From a virus, in IMG/VR virus record IMGVR_UViG_3300045988_131485: a DNA stretch of 64,000 bases; one strand, 5' to 3'. The notes beneath the pieces were generated by a model. The model had not been told where the DNA came from. It worked only from the letters and a program-made list of their open reading frames with translations, and made no database searches. This document shows, piece by piece, positions 1 to 8,446 of the stretch. The position numbers and the translations under genes are program-made. Within the stretch, counting starts at the first letter, position 1, and every line of letters begins with the position of its first letter.

Positions 1-34
1 GAGCAGATGCTGGTGGTATAAAAATTTTCAGGGC

Positions 35-70
35 GGTTAGCAAATCGCCGTTTCTGTCTGTAATTATATC
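35..70 (+). promoter_or_regulatory. early-type promoter repeat, copy 1
   Basis: GGTTAGCAAA-N13-CTGTAATTATATC; same fixed 36-nt architecture as the other copies; directly upstream of first ORF. Confidence 0.6.
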
Positions 71-94
71 AGAAAACGAATGGAGGTTCTAACC

Positions 95-430
95 GTGACA
101 AAATATTATATTTCTTTGGAGGCTGACGGAAATTTTCATATTATCGAGTACGATACTGGCGAGGGCGTAAGAGTGCTGCGGGACGCTGGCGGACGGGAAA
201 CGAGTGTTGTAATTTATCACAATAGCTTGATTATTTCCGCTTTGTATGACACTGTGGAGGCTGCTATAAAGCACCTGGGCGGAAGTCGCCGGGAAACGAT
301 CTTGCCTGATGGTCGAGTGGTAATCCCGGAGTCCGTGAATTATCCTGAGTTAGTCATCCGCAACATATTTGTGCCGTTTAGCGCTGTGCGTGCTGAAGTC
401 TGGCCTGGGGAGCCTGGATGGGGAAAATAA
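95..430 (+). CDS. hypothetical protein
   Basis: ORF 80..430. GTG at 95 follows GGAGG by 8 nt, while ATG at 80 is only about 10 nt after promoter copy 1. Confidence 0.6.
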   Translation: MTKYYISLEADGNFHIIEYDTGEGVRVLRDAGGRETSVVIYHNSLIISALYDTVEAAIKHLGGSRRETILPDGRVVIPESVNYPELVIRNIFVPFSAVRAEVWPGEPGWGK

Positions 431-441
431 TTTCCCGATTA

Positions 442-477
442 GGTTAGCAAATACGAATTTCATTCTGTAATTATAGT
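442..477 (+). promoter_or_regulatory. early-type promoter repeat, copy 2
   Basis: GGTTAGCAAA-N13-CTGTAATTATAGT. Confidence 0.65.
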
Positions 478-519
478 AGATACCTGGAAATCAAATGAAA
501 ATAACGGAGGCTGACAAAC

Positions 520-1011
520 ATGAAGTGGTTCAATAATCCTGAGACGCTGGAAGACCTGAAAAAGCAATACAAGAAGCTGGCTTTTCAAAATCATCCTGAC
601 CGGGGCGGCAAAACTTCGGATATGCAGGAGATTAACGCTGAGTATGAAGCGCTGTTCTCCCGGCTGAAGGATACCCACAAAAACGCAGAGGGCGAGTTTT
701 ACACGGCACGGACGGCCACGACCGAGACGGCCACGGAGTTCATGGACATCATCGAAAAGCTGATTCACATGGAGGGCATCGAGATCGAGGTTTGCGGCTC
801 CTGGGTGTGGGTCACTGGCGACACCAGGCCGCACAAGGAAGAGCTGAAAGCCCTGTCTTTCCGGTGGAGCAGCAACAAATCCGCGTGGTATTTCCACCGC
901 GACGGATACAAGAAGCGGAGCAAGAAGTCTCTGACACTGGACGAGATCAGGGGCTACTACGGCAGCGAAAAGATTGAAAAAGAGGGCGGCGGGAAAATCG
1001 CGGTTGCATAA
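520..1011 (+). CDS. J-domain (DnaJ-like) protein
   Basis: LEDLKKQYKKLAFQNHPDRGG with HPD motif; GGAGG SD. Confidence 0.85.
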   Translation: MKWFNNPETLEDLKKQYKKLAFQNHPDRGGKTSDMQEINAEYEALFSRLKDTHKNAEGEFYTARTATTETATEFMDIIEKLIHMEGIEIEVCGSWVWVTGDTRPHKEELKALSFRWSSNKSAWYFHRDGYKKRSKKSLTLDEIRGYYGSEKIEKEGGGKIAVA

Positions 1012-1017
1012 CAGATT

Positions 1018-1053
1018 GGCGGGCTGGGAAAACCTGGCCCGCCTTTTCTTTTT
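1018..1053 (+). terminator. intrinsic terminator
   Basis: GGCGGGC...GCCCGCC hairpin followed by TTTTCTTTTT. Confidence 0.7.
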
Positions 1054-1071
1054 CGGAAAATTTTACTGAAT

Positions 1072-1107
1072 GGTTAGCAAATGATCGGAACAGTCTGTAA
1101 TTATAGT
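1072..1107 (+). promoter_or_regulatory. early-type promoter repeat, copy 3
   Basis: GGTTAGCAAA-N13-CTGTAATTATAGT, preceded by terminator hairpin. Confidence 0.65.
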
Positions 1108-1125
1108 GGGAGGTGGTCAAGTCCA

Positions 1126-1266
1126 TTGAAGTGCTACTACCTGGGCGATAAGAAAATCACCGAAGCGGAGGCCAAAGAGATCGAGGCCAAAAACCGCGAG
1201 ATTTTAAGAGATGGAACGGTTGAAGAGCTTTTGCAAATTCGGCACGTTATTTGTCGGGAGGAATGA
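1126..1266 (+). CDS. hypothetical small protein
   Basis: ORF 1081..1266 begins inside promoter copy 3. TTG at 1126 follows GGGAGG by about 10 nt. The start is uncertain. Confidence 0.45.
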   Translation: MKCYYLGDKKITEAEAKEIEAKNREILRDGTVEELLQIRHVICREE

Positions 1267-1269
1267 AAG

Positions 1270-1671
1270 ATGGAACACACATTTAAGATCGAAAAGGAAT
1301 TGAAGATCACAACGGAGAACATCGTGGACTGTGTACTGTCCTGCGAGGCCGGTGGCTTTGACTACTGGGGCGAGTTGTGCAGCGATGAGAAGGACTACGA
1401 GGCGGCGCGGCAGCGGCTGGCAGAGAGAGAAAAGGCCGATATGAAGCCCTGCTATGAGGACGTGCTGGCCGAGATTCTGGAGAGCGGCGGCAAGCTGACC
1501 GTGTACGACCGTGAGGATGACAAAGACCACGAGCTGACGCTGGAAAAACTTCTGAACGGCTGGAAAAAGTACGTGGAAGATCATAACGCGGATGACTTCG
1601 ACGAGTACGACGGAATTTCTGCTGACTGCATTATGCAGTATGCGATTTTCGGCGACGTGATTTACGGCTGA
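1270..1671 (+). CDS. hypothetical protein
   Basis: ORF with GGGAGG SD 8 nt upstream; acidic, no domain recognised. Confidence 0.7.
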   Translation: MEHTFKIEKELKITTENIVDCVLSCEAGGFDYWGELCSDEKDYEAARQRLAEREKADMKPCYEDVLAEILESGGKLTVYDREDDKDHELTLEKLLNGWKKYVEDHNADDFDEYDGISADCIMQYAIFGDVIYG

Positions 1672-1676
1672 TAAAA

Positions 1677-1712
1677 ACGGGCTGGCCTGGTGGCTGGCCC
1701 GTTATTTTTTTT
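1677..1712 (+). terminator. intrinsic terminator
   Basis: ACGGGC...GCCCGT hairpin followed by a T-run (TATTTTTTTT). Confidence 0.7.
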
Positions 1713-1720
1713 GCCGGTCA

Positions 1721-1756
1721 GATTAGCAAGATTGAAAAACCGTCTGTAAATATAGT
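1721..1756 (+). promoter_or_regulatory. early-type promoter repeat, copy 4
   Basis: GATTAGCAAG-N13-CTGTAAATATAGT, preceded by terminator. Confidence 0.55.
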
Positions 1757-1773
1757 GTAAGGGGCAATGCTCC

Positions 1774-1792
1774 AAGCAGCAAAGTAAATTAA
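1774..1792 (+). repeat. leader motif copy (AGCA[A/G]CAAAGTAAAT family)
   Basis: aAGCAGCAAAGTAAATTAA, then cGGAGG. Confidence 0.5.
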
Positions 1793-1806
1793 CGGAGGTT
1801 GAAAGA

Positions 1807-2010
1807 ATGAAACGCTATGCAGTTTGTATCACTGATGATGACGGCGGCACGGGCGAAGCGGTTTTTACCGTGAAGAATAAAACAGAGGCACGGGCCAGAG
1901 GTCGCCTTTATATCCGTCAGTGGCAACTCCCCAACGGGAAGATCGAGTATATCCGGGAGTTAGCAGAGGGTGAAGAGGCCGTTAAGTTTGGTCGCGCCGC
2001 TGGTTATTGA
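1807..2010 (+). CDS. hypothetical protein
   Basis: ORF with GGAGG SD; leader motif AGCAGCAAAGTAAATTAAC lies upstream. Confidence 0.65.
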   Translation: MKRYAVCITDDDGGTGEAVFTVKNKTEARARGRLYIRQWQLPNGKIEYIRELAEGEEAVKFGRAAGY

Positions 2011-2025
2011 TAGGAGGAGATCATC

Positions 2026-2457
2026 ATGTATGATGTCGAAAAGTTGGTTTCCATCGTCTGCGATTATCTGGACGCTGAAGCGGACTATATGAAATACAGT
2101 CTGGACGCAAGAAAAGAGCTGGGGCTGGCTCCCGACTCTACCCTGTGGATTCCTTCCCTGAATGGCTCCAAGGCATACCGTCTGGGTGAGCTGTTCGAAA
2201 AGTCAGGAGCGACCGGCAGCATTTTGGCCGACATCTGCGCCATGCTGGACATCAATCAGGAATTGTTGGTGGCCGCTGTCAAATCCATGCAACGCAAGGA
2301 ACGCCATAACGGACGCTGGGACAATCCGAATTATACCTGCTGGATGAACGAGGACGACAAAAAGCGGCTGGCCCGGTTCCTTTCCAATGAGCGCGGAGAG
2401 TCCGGCGTTTATCCCTGGTTCAGCAGTACCGGACGGAAAAAGCCATGGTGTGAATAA
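2026..2457 (+). CDS. hypothetical protein
   Basis: ORF with AGGAGG SD. Confidence 0.7.
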   Translation: MYDVEKLVSIVCDYLDAEADYMKYSLDARKELGLAPDSTLWIPSLNGSKAYRLGELFEKSGATGSILADICAMLDINQELLVAAVKSMQRKERHNGRWDNPNYTCWMNEDDKKRLARFLSNERGESGVYPWFSSTGRKKPWCE

Positions 2458-2472
2458 GGTATAGCTAAACCG

Positions 2473-2510
2473 AAGAGGAAGGGCAAAAAGTCCTTCCTCT
2501 TTTTTTATTT
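2473..2510 (+). terminator. intrinsic terminator
   Basis: AAGAGGAAGG/CCTTCCTCTT 10-bp stem followed by TTTTTTATTT. Confidence 0.8.
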
Positions 2511-2513
2511 CAT

Positions 2514-2549
2514 GGTTAGCAAATTTGCCTTTCTTTCTGTAATTAAAGT
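2514..2549 (+). promoter_or_regulatory. early-type promoter repeat, copy 5
   Basis: GGTTAGCAAA-N13-CTGTAATTAAAGT, preceded by terminator. Confidence 0.6.
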
Positions 2550-2578
2550 AGAAAGTCAAAATAATGGAGGAATGACAC

Positions 2579-2905
2579 ATGACAACGAAAACTGATTTTC
2601 ACGCCATCCAGGAGCTGAGGGAGAAATACGCCCCGAAAGTGCGGGGTATCGTCTCCGGCGAGGAGGCCAAGACCATCTACGAAGTGCTGGAAATTGATAA
2701 GCGCAACAACATCGAGCTTCAGAATATCCGGGATATGGTGGTCATGATTTACGGCCAGTGGTTTGATAAATCACGTGACCAGTATCTGGAGGATAAGAAG
2801 AAGGGCGCGCAGGCGGTTGATAAGTCTGCGGAGTATCTGGACGCAATGAGCGCCATCATCTGCGTCATCGACTATGAGAAATTCAAGAGAGGACTGGGAG
2901 TATAA
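2579..2905 (+). CDS. hypothetical protein
   Basis: ORF with GGAGG SD. Confidence 0.7.
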   Translation: MTTKTDFHAIQELREKYAPKVRGIVSGEEAKTIYEVLEIDKRNNIELQNIRDMVVMIYGQWFDKSRDQYLEDKKKGAQAVDKSAEYLDAMSAIICVIDYEKFKRGLGV

Positions 2906-2920
2906 AAATTTGGGGAGGGC

Positions 2921-2956
2921 GGTTAGCAAATCGTTCTCCCCTTCTGTAATTATACC
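2921..2956 (+). promoter_or_regulatory. early-type promoter repeat, copy 6
   Basis: GGTTAGCAAA-N13-CTGTAATTATACC; the GGTTAGCAAA box lies in the loop of hairpin GGGGAG(2912-2917)/CTCCCC(2936-2941). Confidence 0.6.
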
Positions 2957-2969
2957 AGGAGGTGCAGTG

Positions 2970-3143
2970 ATGGAAAACAAATACGTTTCCTTCGAGGTTT
3001 ACCGTCCCGTAAAGTCTCCCACGGAGAAAGGGGAATACATGGGAAAGACACCAAACCTGGAGCAGGCACGGCGGGCCGCTGATGCTGTTGGCGGTGCCTT
3101 GTACGGGATAACATCTGACGGACGCAAAGTCCTGTTGCTGTAA
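2970..3143 (+). CDS. hypothetical small protein
   Basis: ATG 2970 after AGGAGG, downstream of promoter copy 6; the longer ORF 2874 start overlaps the previous gene. Confidence 0.6.
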   Translation: MENKYVSFEVYRPVKSPTEKGEYMGKTPNLEQARRAADAVGGALYGITSDGRKVLLL

Positions 3144-3170
3144 TTGAGATCAAGTATTAAGGAGAAGATT

Positions 3171-3344
3171 ATGAAATTTTTAATCTGTATGCCCACCGGC
3201 AAGGATGGTATCCAAGATGATGCGGTTATCCGTGACGCCCTGTTGACGGCAGTAAACCGTATTACGCTGATGGATGAGAAGAGCGGCGAGTTTGAGGCTG
3301 GCGACGGCAACCAGAATATGGTTACGTTTGAAGTGTCCGAATGA
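3171..3344 (+). CDS. hypothetical small protein
   Basis: ATG 3171 after AAGGAG. Confidence 0.6.
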   Translation: MKFLICMPTGKDGIQDDAVIRDALLTAVNRITLMDEKSGEFEAGDGNQNMVTFEVSE

Positions 3345-3362
3345 ATAAAGGAGGAAGACAAA

Positions 3363-3794
3363 ATGGCACAATGTACGAGAGAGCAGGTTAATCGCTGGAA
3401 CGCAAAACTGAGCAACGGGTTCCGGCTTGATCTGGAGCGCTTCATCGTATGGAATGACAAGGTGGCTACGCGCTCCATCGAATTGCCGGACGGCAAAGTG
3501 CTGAAGGCTGACATCGGATGGACTGAGGTGCGCGAGGAGCCGAGATTGGGTTGTTTCTATCAGAAGACTATTGGCATGATGCCGCGCCTTTCCCTTTCCC
3601 TGTGGACTCCGAGCAGCACGCCGGGTATGTGGTGTAGCCGTGGCCTGGGTGCCGTGGTAAAGATCACCGACAACATCTACCAGAAACGCAACTGGAACGA
3701 GCTGGCAAAGTTCACCGCTGAATGGGACGAAAAGCGCCTGCTGGAAGAGGCTAAAAAGCATATGGCCGAGCTTCAGAATGATGTGGTAGCCTAA
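3363..3794 (+). CDS. hypothetical protein
   Basis: ORF with AAGGAGG SD. Confidence 0.7.
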   Translation: MAQCTREQVNRWNAKLSNGFRLDLERFIVWNDKVATRSIELPDGKVLKADIGWTEVREEPRLGCFYQKTIGMMPRLSLSLWTPSSTPGMWCSRGLGAVVKITDNIYQKRNWNELAKFTAEWDEKRLLEEAKKHMAELQNDVVA

Positions 3795-3796
3795 AA

Positions 3797-3835
3797 AGAG
3801 GCGGAGGGATTTTTCTCTCCGTCTTTTTTCTTTCT
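3797..3835 (+). terminator. intrinsic terminator
   Basis: GGCGGAG.../...CTCCGTC imperfect hairpin followed by TTTTTTCTTTCTTTT. Confidence 0.6.
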
Positions 3836-3838
3836 TTT

Positions 3839-3874
3839 GGTTAGCAACAAAGTAAATCATTCTGTAAATATAAT
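3839..3874 (+). promoter_or_regulatory. early-type promoter repeat, copy 7 (hybrid with leader motif)
   Basis: GGTTAGCAAC-N13-CTGTAAATATAAT; the spacer contains CAAAGTAAAT of the second motif family. Confidence 0.6.
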
Positions 3875-3890
3875 AGGAGGCGATAAAAAA

Positions 3891-4109
3891 ATGAGACAAG
3901 CACAAATGACAAGAAATGAACGGCGGTATTACCGCAAGAAGATAATCGAGCAGCGGCTGATGGGGCTGGGAGTTCTGGCCTGCTGTGCTCTGGTGCTGTG
4001 GATGTGCTCCACCGGCGTAACCGTAGAAGATCGAGACGGCACGGCGGTTGTACTGCTGGCTCCGCTGGGGCTGTGGTTGCTGTTCTCTAAGCAGATTCTG
4101 ATTTACTGA
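3891..4109 (+). CDS. small membrane protein (two hydrophobic helices)
   Basis: ATG 3891 after AGGAGG; LGVLACCALVLWMC and AVVLLAPLGLWLLF segments. Confidence 0.6.
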   Translation: MRQAQMTRNERRYYRKKIIEQRLMGLGVLACCALVLWMCSTGVTVEDRDGTAVVLLAPLGLWLLFSKQILIY

Positions 4110-4121
4110 GGAGATGCCAAG

Positions 4122-4406
4122 ATGAGCGAGAGAATTTTCAATGTTTCCCGGTCTACGAAGACCGGTAAGACAGTCAATGTTGGCGACTTCCCTACGGTTG
4201 AGCAGGCGCAGGCCGCTATGCTGAGTCACTACAAGGTGACACCTAAGCGTGGGGACTTCCGGTATCGTATCTTTGAGGAGGAGCTGGAAGAGATCAATGG
4301 AGTTACGTTCCGCAAATTCTGTCTGGTTCTCAGCGGCGGAAATAAACCATACAGCAAGAGCTATACACCGGCTGAATTGAAAGCCCTGGTAGAAAGTGAG
4401 GCATAA
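4122..4406 (+). CDS. hypothetical protein
   Basis: ORF with GAGGAG SD. Confidence 0.65.
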   Translation: MSERIFNVSRSTKTGKTVNVGDFPTVEQAQAAMLSHYKVTPKRGDFRYRIFEEELEEINGVTFRKFCLVLSGGNKPYSKSYTPAELKALVESEA

Positions 4407-4409
4407 TAT

Positions 4410-4652
4410 ATGGAACGGACGGATAAGCTAAATCAACTCAGGCAATTCAATAGACCGTGGGAATATGATTGCTGTGACATAGCGGAAAAGCTGGTTGAGC
4501 TGTCAAATCTGCCGGATGACGGGCAGTTGAAAAACGAGCTGACCGATGCTCTATACTATCTCAAAGCTGTGGCGGAGAATCCTTATAACAGCGACTATCA
4601 TCGTGTGCTATTCAATGTGTTGCTGGTCATCACGGGGTTTGAGTGTTTCTAA
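4410..4652 (+). CDS. hypothetical protein
   Basis: ORF with GTGAGG SD. Confidence 0.6.
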   Translation: MERTDKLNQLRQFNRPWEYDCCDIAEKLVELSNLPDDGQLKNELTDALYYLKAVAENPYNSDYHRVLFNVLLVITGFECF

Positions 4653-4656
4653 ATCA

Positions 4657-4690
4657 GGGAGAGGGGCAATCCTCTCCTTTTTTTATTTTT
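4657..4690 (+). terminator. intrinsic terminator
   Basis: GGAGAGG/CCTCTCC hairpin followed by TTTTTTTATTTTT. Confidence 0.75.
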
Positions 4691-4692
4691 AT

Positions 4693-4728
4693 GGTTAGCA
4701 ATTTTTCAAAACGGTCTGTAAATATAGT
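4693..4728 (+). promoter_or_regulatory. early-type promoter repeat, copy 8
   Basis: GGTTAGCAAT-N13-CTGTAAATATAGT, preceded by terminator. Confidence 0.65.
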
Positions 4729-4741
4729 GGAGGTGCTGAAT

Positions 4742-5194
4742 ATGAAAACCTGCAAAATCTGCGGATGTTCTTTCGATGAAGAAAATTTTGAAGGTGTTGT
4801 TGTCAATGAGGGCATAGACAATGAATACCATGTTTGTTGCGATTGTGTCCCGTCCGAGTGTAACAACGGACATATTATTTCCTGTGAAGCCTGCGGTTCA
4901 TATTTTTCGGCGGATAAACTGCACGACGAAGAGATCGAGGGGCATTCCTTTACCGCGTGTCCGGCCTGCGGGAAAGATGTGGTAGAGGGGTTGAGCCGTG
5001 CAGAATTTGAAGATGAATACTTTCGCCCGCGATATTCTGTTGTCGTTCGTCAATTCAGCGGTTCAGTTCGTGGATATATCGTGAGCGCAAATAGTCGCCA
5101 CGAGGTCATGAAGCGGCTGCTGGAAAAGCTGGACTTCAACTATGTCGCAGAGGTATCCATTGGGGAAATCCTTGTGAAGGAGGACGAGTTTTAA
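4742..5194 (+). CDS. zinc-ribbon protein, function unknown
   Basis: ATG 4742 after GGAGGTG; several CxxC pairs (CKICGC, CCDC, CEACG, CPACG). Confidence 0.65.
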   Translation: MKTCKICGCSFDEENFEGVVVNEGIDNEYHVCCDCVPSECNNGHIISCEACGSYFSADKLHDEEIEGHSFTACPACGKDVVEGLSRAEFEDEYFRPRYSVVVRQFSGSVRGYIVSANSRHEVMKRLLEKLDFNYVAEVSIGEILVKEDEF

Positions 5195-5436
5195 TGTACA
5201 TGAGCAAAAAGAAGTTCGATGAGATCAAGGCCAAGCATAGCACCACCATTGTGGTGGATGCTGATGTGGGCGAGGCTCTGGCTTTTGTCCAGGACTTGCT
5301 GGAGGCTGAGGCGGACGCAATCAAAAACCGCGAGCCGCACGCAACTGCATCTATCGGACGCCTGAATGAAGCCGCCTATGAAGTGTTCTCCATCTCCAAC
5401 GAGATCGACGCCGGGGAGTTTGATGACGGCAAATAA
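5194..5436 (+). CDS. hypothetical protein
   Basis: TAATG stop-start overlap with the previous gene; acidic. Confidence 0.6.
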   Translation: MYMSKKKFDEIKAKHSTTIVVDADVGEALAFVQDLLEAEADAIKNREPHATASIGRLNEAAYEVFSISNEIDAGEFDDGK

Positions 5437-5452
5437 AAAAAAGTAGCCTCCC

Positions 5453-5488
5453 GGTTAGCAAAACTGGGAGGCTATCTGTAATTATAGT
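5453..5488 (+). promoter_or_regulatory. early-type promoter repeat, copy 9
   Basis: GGTTAGCAAA-N13-CTGTAATTATAGT; the box lies in the loop of 9-bp hairpin TAGCCTCCC(5444-5452)/GGGAGGCTA(5466-5474). Confidence 0.65.
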
Positions 5489-5525
5489 ACAAGCACAAGC
5501 AACCAACTTTAAGGAGGATGACAAA

Positions 5526-6065
5526 ATGAGCGCTGCTAATTTCTGTACCATGAGGGACTTCCCTTTGTTCGCCAAGGACTACTATGAGGACGCCAAGCGC
5601 TGCCCGGAATGCGGCGCAATCCTGAGCGCAGACGATACGGAATGTGAGTTCTGCGAGTGTAACGAGCTGGAAGACTACCAGTATTATGATGAGTGCGCGG
5701 CCTACGACGAGCGCCAGGAGATCGAGGACAAACTGCTGGACTTCAATCGTGGCCTGCTGTTCCATGAAGTTAAGCTCCAAAGCGGATACTATTCTGGTGT
5801 CCAATTCTATGTGGAAATCAATCACGATCTGACCGAAGATCAGGATTATTCCAACGATGACTGCCATTACTATTTTGACTGTTGTCGGAGTGTAGCCTAT
5901 CGGAAGTATGCGTCGGAAGTTCGGAAGATCAACCGGAAGCTGGCCGAGTTTGCCAAGGCATATGGATTCCAGGAATATGTGTGTACTGCCAGATTTTCAA
6001 ATGGTGAGGCGTGGTATCAGCTTGCCTCTAATCCCCGTGCCCGCTTGAAATCTGTCGTGGCCTAA
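5526..6065 (+). CDS. hypothetical protein with N-terminal zinc ribbon
   Basis: AAGGAGG SD; CPECG...CEFCEC. Confidence 0.65.
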   Translation: MSAANFCTMRDFPLFAKDYYEDAKRCPECGAILSADDTECEFCECNELEDYQYYDECAAYDERQEIEDKLLDFNRGLLFHEVKLQSGYYSGVQFYVEINHDLTEDQDYSNDDCHYYFDCCRSVAYRKYASEVRKINRKLAEFAKAYGFQEYVCTARFSNGEAWYQLASNPRARLKSVVA

Positions 6066-6071
6066 TAGATT

Positions 6072-6104
6072 GCCCGCCGTAAAAACGGCGGGCTTTTTAT
6101 TTTA
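6072..6104 (+). terminator. intrinsic terminator
   Basis: GCCCGCCG/CGGCGGGC 8-bp stem followed by TTTTTATTTT. Confidence 0.85.
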
Positions 6105-6106
6105 GA

Positions 6107-6142
6107 GGTTAGCAAAACTCGCCCTGGCTCTGTAATTATAGT
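6107..6142 (+). promoter_or_regulatory. early-type promoter repeat, copy 10
   Basis: GGTTAGCAAA-N13-CTGTAATTATAGT, preceded by terminator. Confidence 0.65.
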
Positions 6143-6181
6143 GAAGCAATTCTAAACAACTTTTTGAAAGGACTTGAAGAG

Positions 6182-6391
6182 ATGAACAACGCCAACGAGC
6201 AGAAGACCTATGTATGCAAGCGGGCCAGAATGTGCAGTTTCTTGATTGAGAAGGGTTTCACCCCTTACAAGGTAGCTCCCGACCGGGACAATCCCATGTA
6301 CGATGTCTTTCTTTTCACCGCGTCGCCTGAGCTGTACCAAGCTGTGATGGAATATATCAACACCAGTTCTGAGAGGAGAGATTTGAAATGA
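6182..6391 (+). CDS. hypothetical small protein
   Basis: ATG 6182 after AAGGA; the ORF track starts at TTG 6164. Confidence 0.55.
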   Translation: MNNANEQKTYVCKRARMCSFLIEKGFTPYKVAPDRDNPMYDVFLFTASPELYQAVMEYINTSSERRDLK

Positions 6392-6759
6392 AAATTGATT
6401 TGACTGATGCTCAGGTTTCCTTGATCATCGACGGGCTACGTGCTTTGCAGGAAAATGCTGCATATGAAAACAAATGTACCAGCGACTCGGAAATCCACGA
6501 TAGCAACAACCAAATGGCCGATGAGGTAGACGACCTGTGCGAGTATCTTAACTGTTGCGAAGAGGTTACACCGGAGGTAGCTATCTGTGTCAAGGGCGGT
6601 TTGGTGAGTTCAGTTTATGCCAATGCCAATATGGATGTCGATGTATATGATCTGGATGTTTCCGACTTCCCGGACGAAGGGGAACAGGAAGCGGCAGACC
6701 AGAAAGAGGCCGAGCTGGATGAGCTGGTCAAGTCTCCCGGCTGGCGTGCTGTTTGGTAA
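6388..6759 (+). CDS. hypothetical acidic protein
   Basis: ATGA overlap with the previous gene; GAGGAG SD. Confidence 0.65.
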   Translation: MKIDLTDAQVSLIIDGLRALQENAAYENKCTSDSEIHDSNNQMADEVDDLCEYLNCCEEVTPEVAICVKGGLVSSVYANANMDVDVYDLDVSDFPDEGEQEAADQKEAELDELVKSPGWRAVW

Positions 6760-6786
6760 GAAACCATTTTTTATAAGGAGGAACAT

Positions 6787-6975
6787 ATGAGCATTACTTA
6801 TGATGTGTCCAAGCAGAAGGGCAGTTCCCGCTGGTACCCCCACAAGATCGAGACTCCCAAGGTGCCTGCTGGCCCGTTGGGAGATAAGAAGCAGGCGCTT
6901 CATGCCGCCGCCGAGTTGATGGGGGTGAGTTACCCCGAGTACATGGAGTTGAGGAGGAAGAAAGGATGCGCGTAA
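6787..6975 (+). CDS. hypothetical small protein
   Basis: AAGGAGG SD. Confidence 0.6.
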   Translation: MSITYDVSKQKGSSRWYPHKIETPKVPAGPLGDKKQALHAAAELMGVSYPEYMELRRKKGCA

Positions 6976-7316
6976 ACTACACCCCTGAAGAGATCGCAGA
7001 GATGCACGATCGTAACGAAAACTTCAACGGAACACGTGCTAACTTTTCCAAGATCAAGCTCTACCAGGCCGTCAAAAGCGACCTGGTGGAGTTTATGAAT
7101 ATGTGCGATGACGTGCGGATGATCGACGGGTATGACCCGAACATGAAAGAGAAGCACGCCATTCTCTGGCTGGACTTCTCCCCTGCCGCTACTCTGAACA
7201 AGGAAGAAACAGCGGCTCTCACGGCCATCATGAACAAGGCCGACGGCACGGTGATTTCTGCCGTTGATGGGCACGTCCGCATTTCCTTTGATATCAACGA
7301 TATCTGGGATAATTAA
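6966..7316 (+). CDS. hypothetical protein
   Basis: GAGGAGG SD; 10-nt overlap with the previous gene. Confidence 0.65.
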   Translation: MRVNYTPEEIAEMHDRNENFNGTRANFSKIKLYQAVKSDLVEFMNMCDDVRMIDGYDPNMKEKHAILWLDFSPAATLNKEETAALTAIMNKADGTVISAVDGHVRISFDINDIWDN

Positions 7317-7322
7317 ACAGAC

Positions 7323-7358
7323 GGTTAGCAAAACGCAGTTCTTTTCTGTAAGTATAGT
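7323..7358 (+). promoter_or_regulatory. early-type promoter repeat, copy 11
   Basis: GGTTAGCAAA-N13-CTGTAAGTATAGT. Confidence 0.6.
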
Positions 7359-7405
7359 GACCGGAGAAAAAACAAACGAGAACAAAATTTAGGAGGTACG
7401 TAAAA

Positions 7406-8350
7406 ATGTCTGCGAATGTTGAGAGTATGTTCTATGCTGGACGCGAGAAACCCTGGCATGGCCTGGGTACTCAGGTTGAGGAAGCGCCGACCAGTGCCGA
7501 TGCACTTCGGCTGGCTGGTCTGGACTGGACTGTGCAGCGCAAGCCCATTCAGGTTTGCGGCGGGCGCAAGGTGGATAACTTCTTCGCTAATGTGCGGAGC
7601 AGCGACGGTGCGGTGCTGGGCGTGGTCAGTGACCGGTATCAGGTGGTGCAGAATGCGGAGGCATTTGCGTTCACCGACGCTCTGATTGGCGGAGAGGGTC
7701 AGGTTCACTATGAGACGGCGGGAAGCCTTATGGGTGGTCGGAAGATTTGGCTGCTGGCAAAACTGCCCGATACGGAGATCGTCGGCGATAAGACCGAGCC
7801 GTATCTGTGCTTCTCCAACACCCACGACGGCAGCGGCGCTATCCGCGTGTGTATGACGCCTATCCGGGTGGTTTGCAACAACACTCTGAACATCGCACTG
7901 AATGGCGCAAAGCGTGCGTGGTCTGTCCGGCATACCGGCGACATTCAGGCCAAGCTCCAGGAGGCGCGGATGTGTCTGGACATGGCGAATAAGTACATGG
8001 ACAAGCTGGCTGTGTACGCCGACCAGATGGCGAACAAGACCGTCACCGATGAGCAGATCGCCAAAATTCTGGACGAGATGTTCCCGGCCACGGAGGATAT
8101 GAGCGAGCGTGAAAAGCGGAACGCGACGAAAGCCCGTGAAGAGTACATGATCTGCTACTTCGCGCCGGACATTCTCAAGTTCAAGGGGACTGCCTGGGGC
8201 GCACTGAACGCAATGAGCGACATGGTTGGACATACCGCTCCCCGCCGCATGACCTCCAACTACCAGGAGAACAACTGGGGCCGGATCATGGACGGCCATG
8301 CCATGATGGACAAGATGGCCTCTCTGCTGGCAGGCGTTGGCGCACGATAA
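7406..8350 (+). CDS. DUF932-type phage/plasmid protein
   Basis: N-terminus MSANVESMFYAGREKPWHGLGT and overall length are typical of the DUF932 / TIGR03299 family (recognised from memory). Confidence 0.75.
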   Translation: MSANVESMFYAGREKPWHGLGTQVEEAPTSADALRLAGLDWTVQRKPIQVCGGRKVDNFFANVRSSDGAVLGVVSDRYQVVQNAEAFAFTDALIGGEGQVHYETAGSLMGGRKIWLLAKLPDTEIVGDKTEPYLCFSNTHDGSGAIRVCMTPIRVVCNNTLNIALNGAKRAWSVRHTGDIQAKLQEARMCLDMANKYMDKLAVYADQMANKTVTDEQIAKILDEMFPATEDMSEREKRNATKAREEYMICYFAPDILKFKGTAWGALNAMSDMVGHTAPRRMTSNYQENNWGRIMDGHAMMDKMASLLAGVGAR

Positions 8351-8359
8351 GAACAGAAC

Positions 8360-8396
8360 GAGACGGGATGGAGAAATTTATCCCGTCTCTTTTTTT
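8360..8396 (+). terminator. intrinsic terminator
   Basis: GAGACGGGAT/ATCCCGTCTC 10-bp stem followed by TTTTTTT. Confidence 0.85.
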
Positions 8397-8432
8397 GGTT
8401 AGCAAAATTACAGAACGATTTGTAAATACAGT
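8397..8432 (+). promoter_or_regulatory. early-type promoter repeat, copy 12
   Basis: GGTTAGCAAA-N13-TTGTAAATACAGT, preceded by terminator. Confidence 0.55.
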
Positions 8433-8446
8433 GTGGAGGTGAGTAT

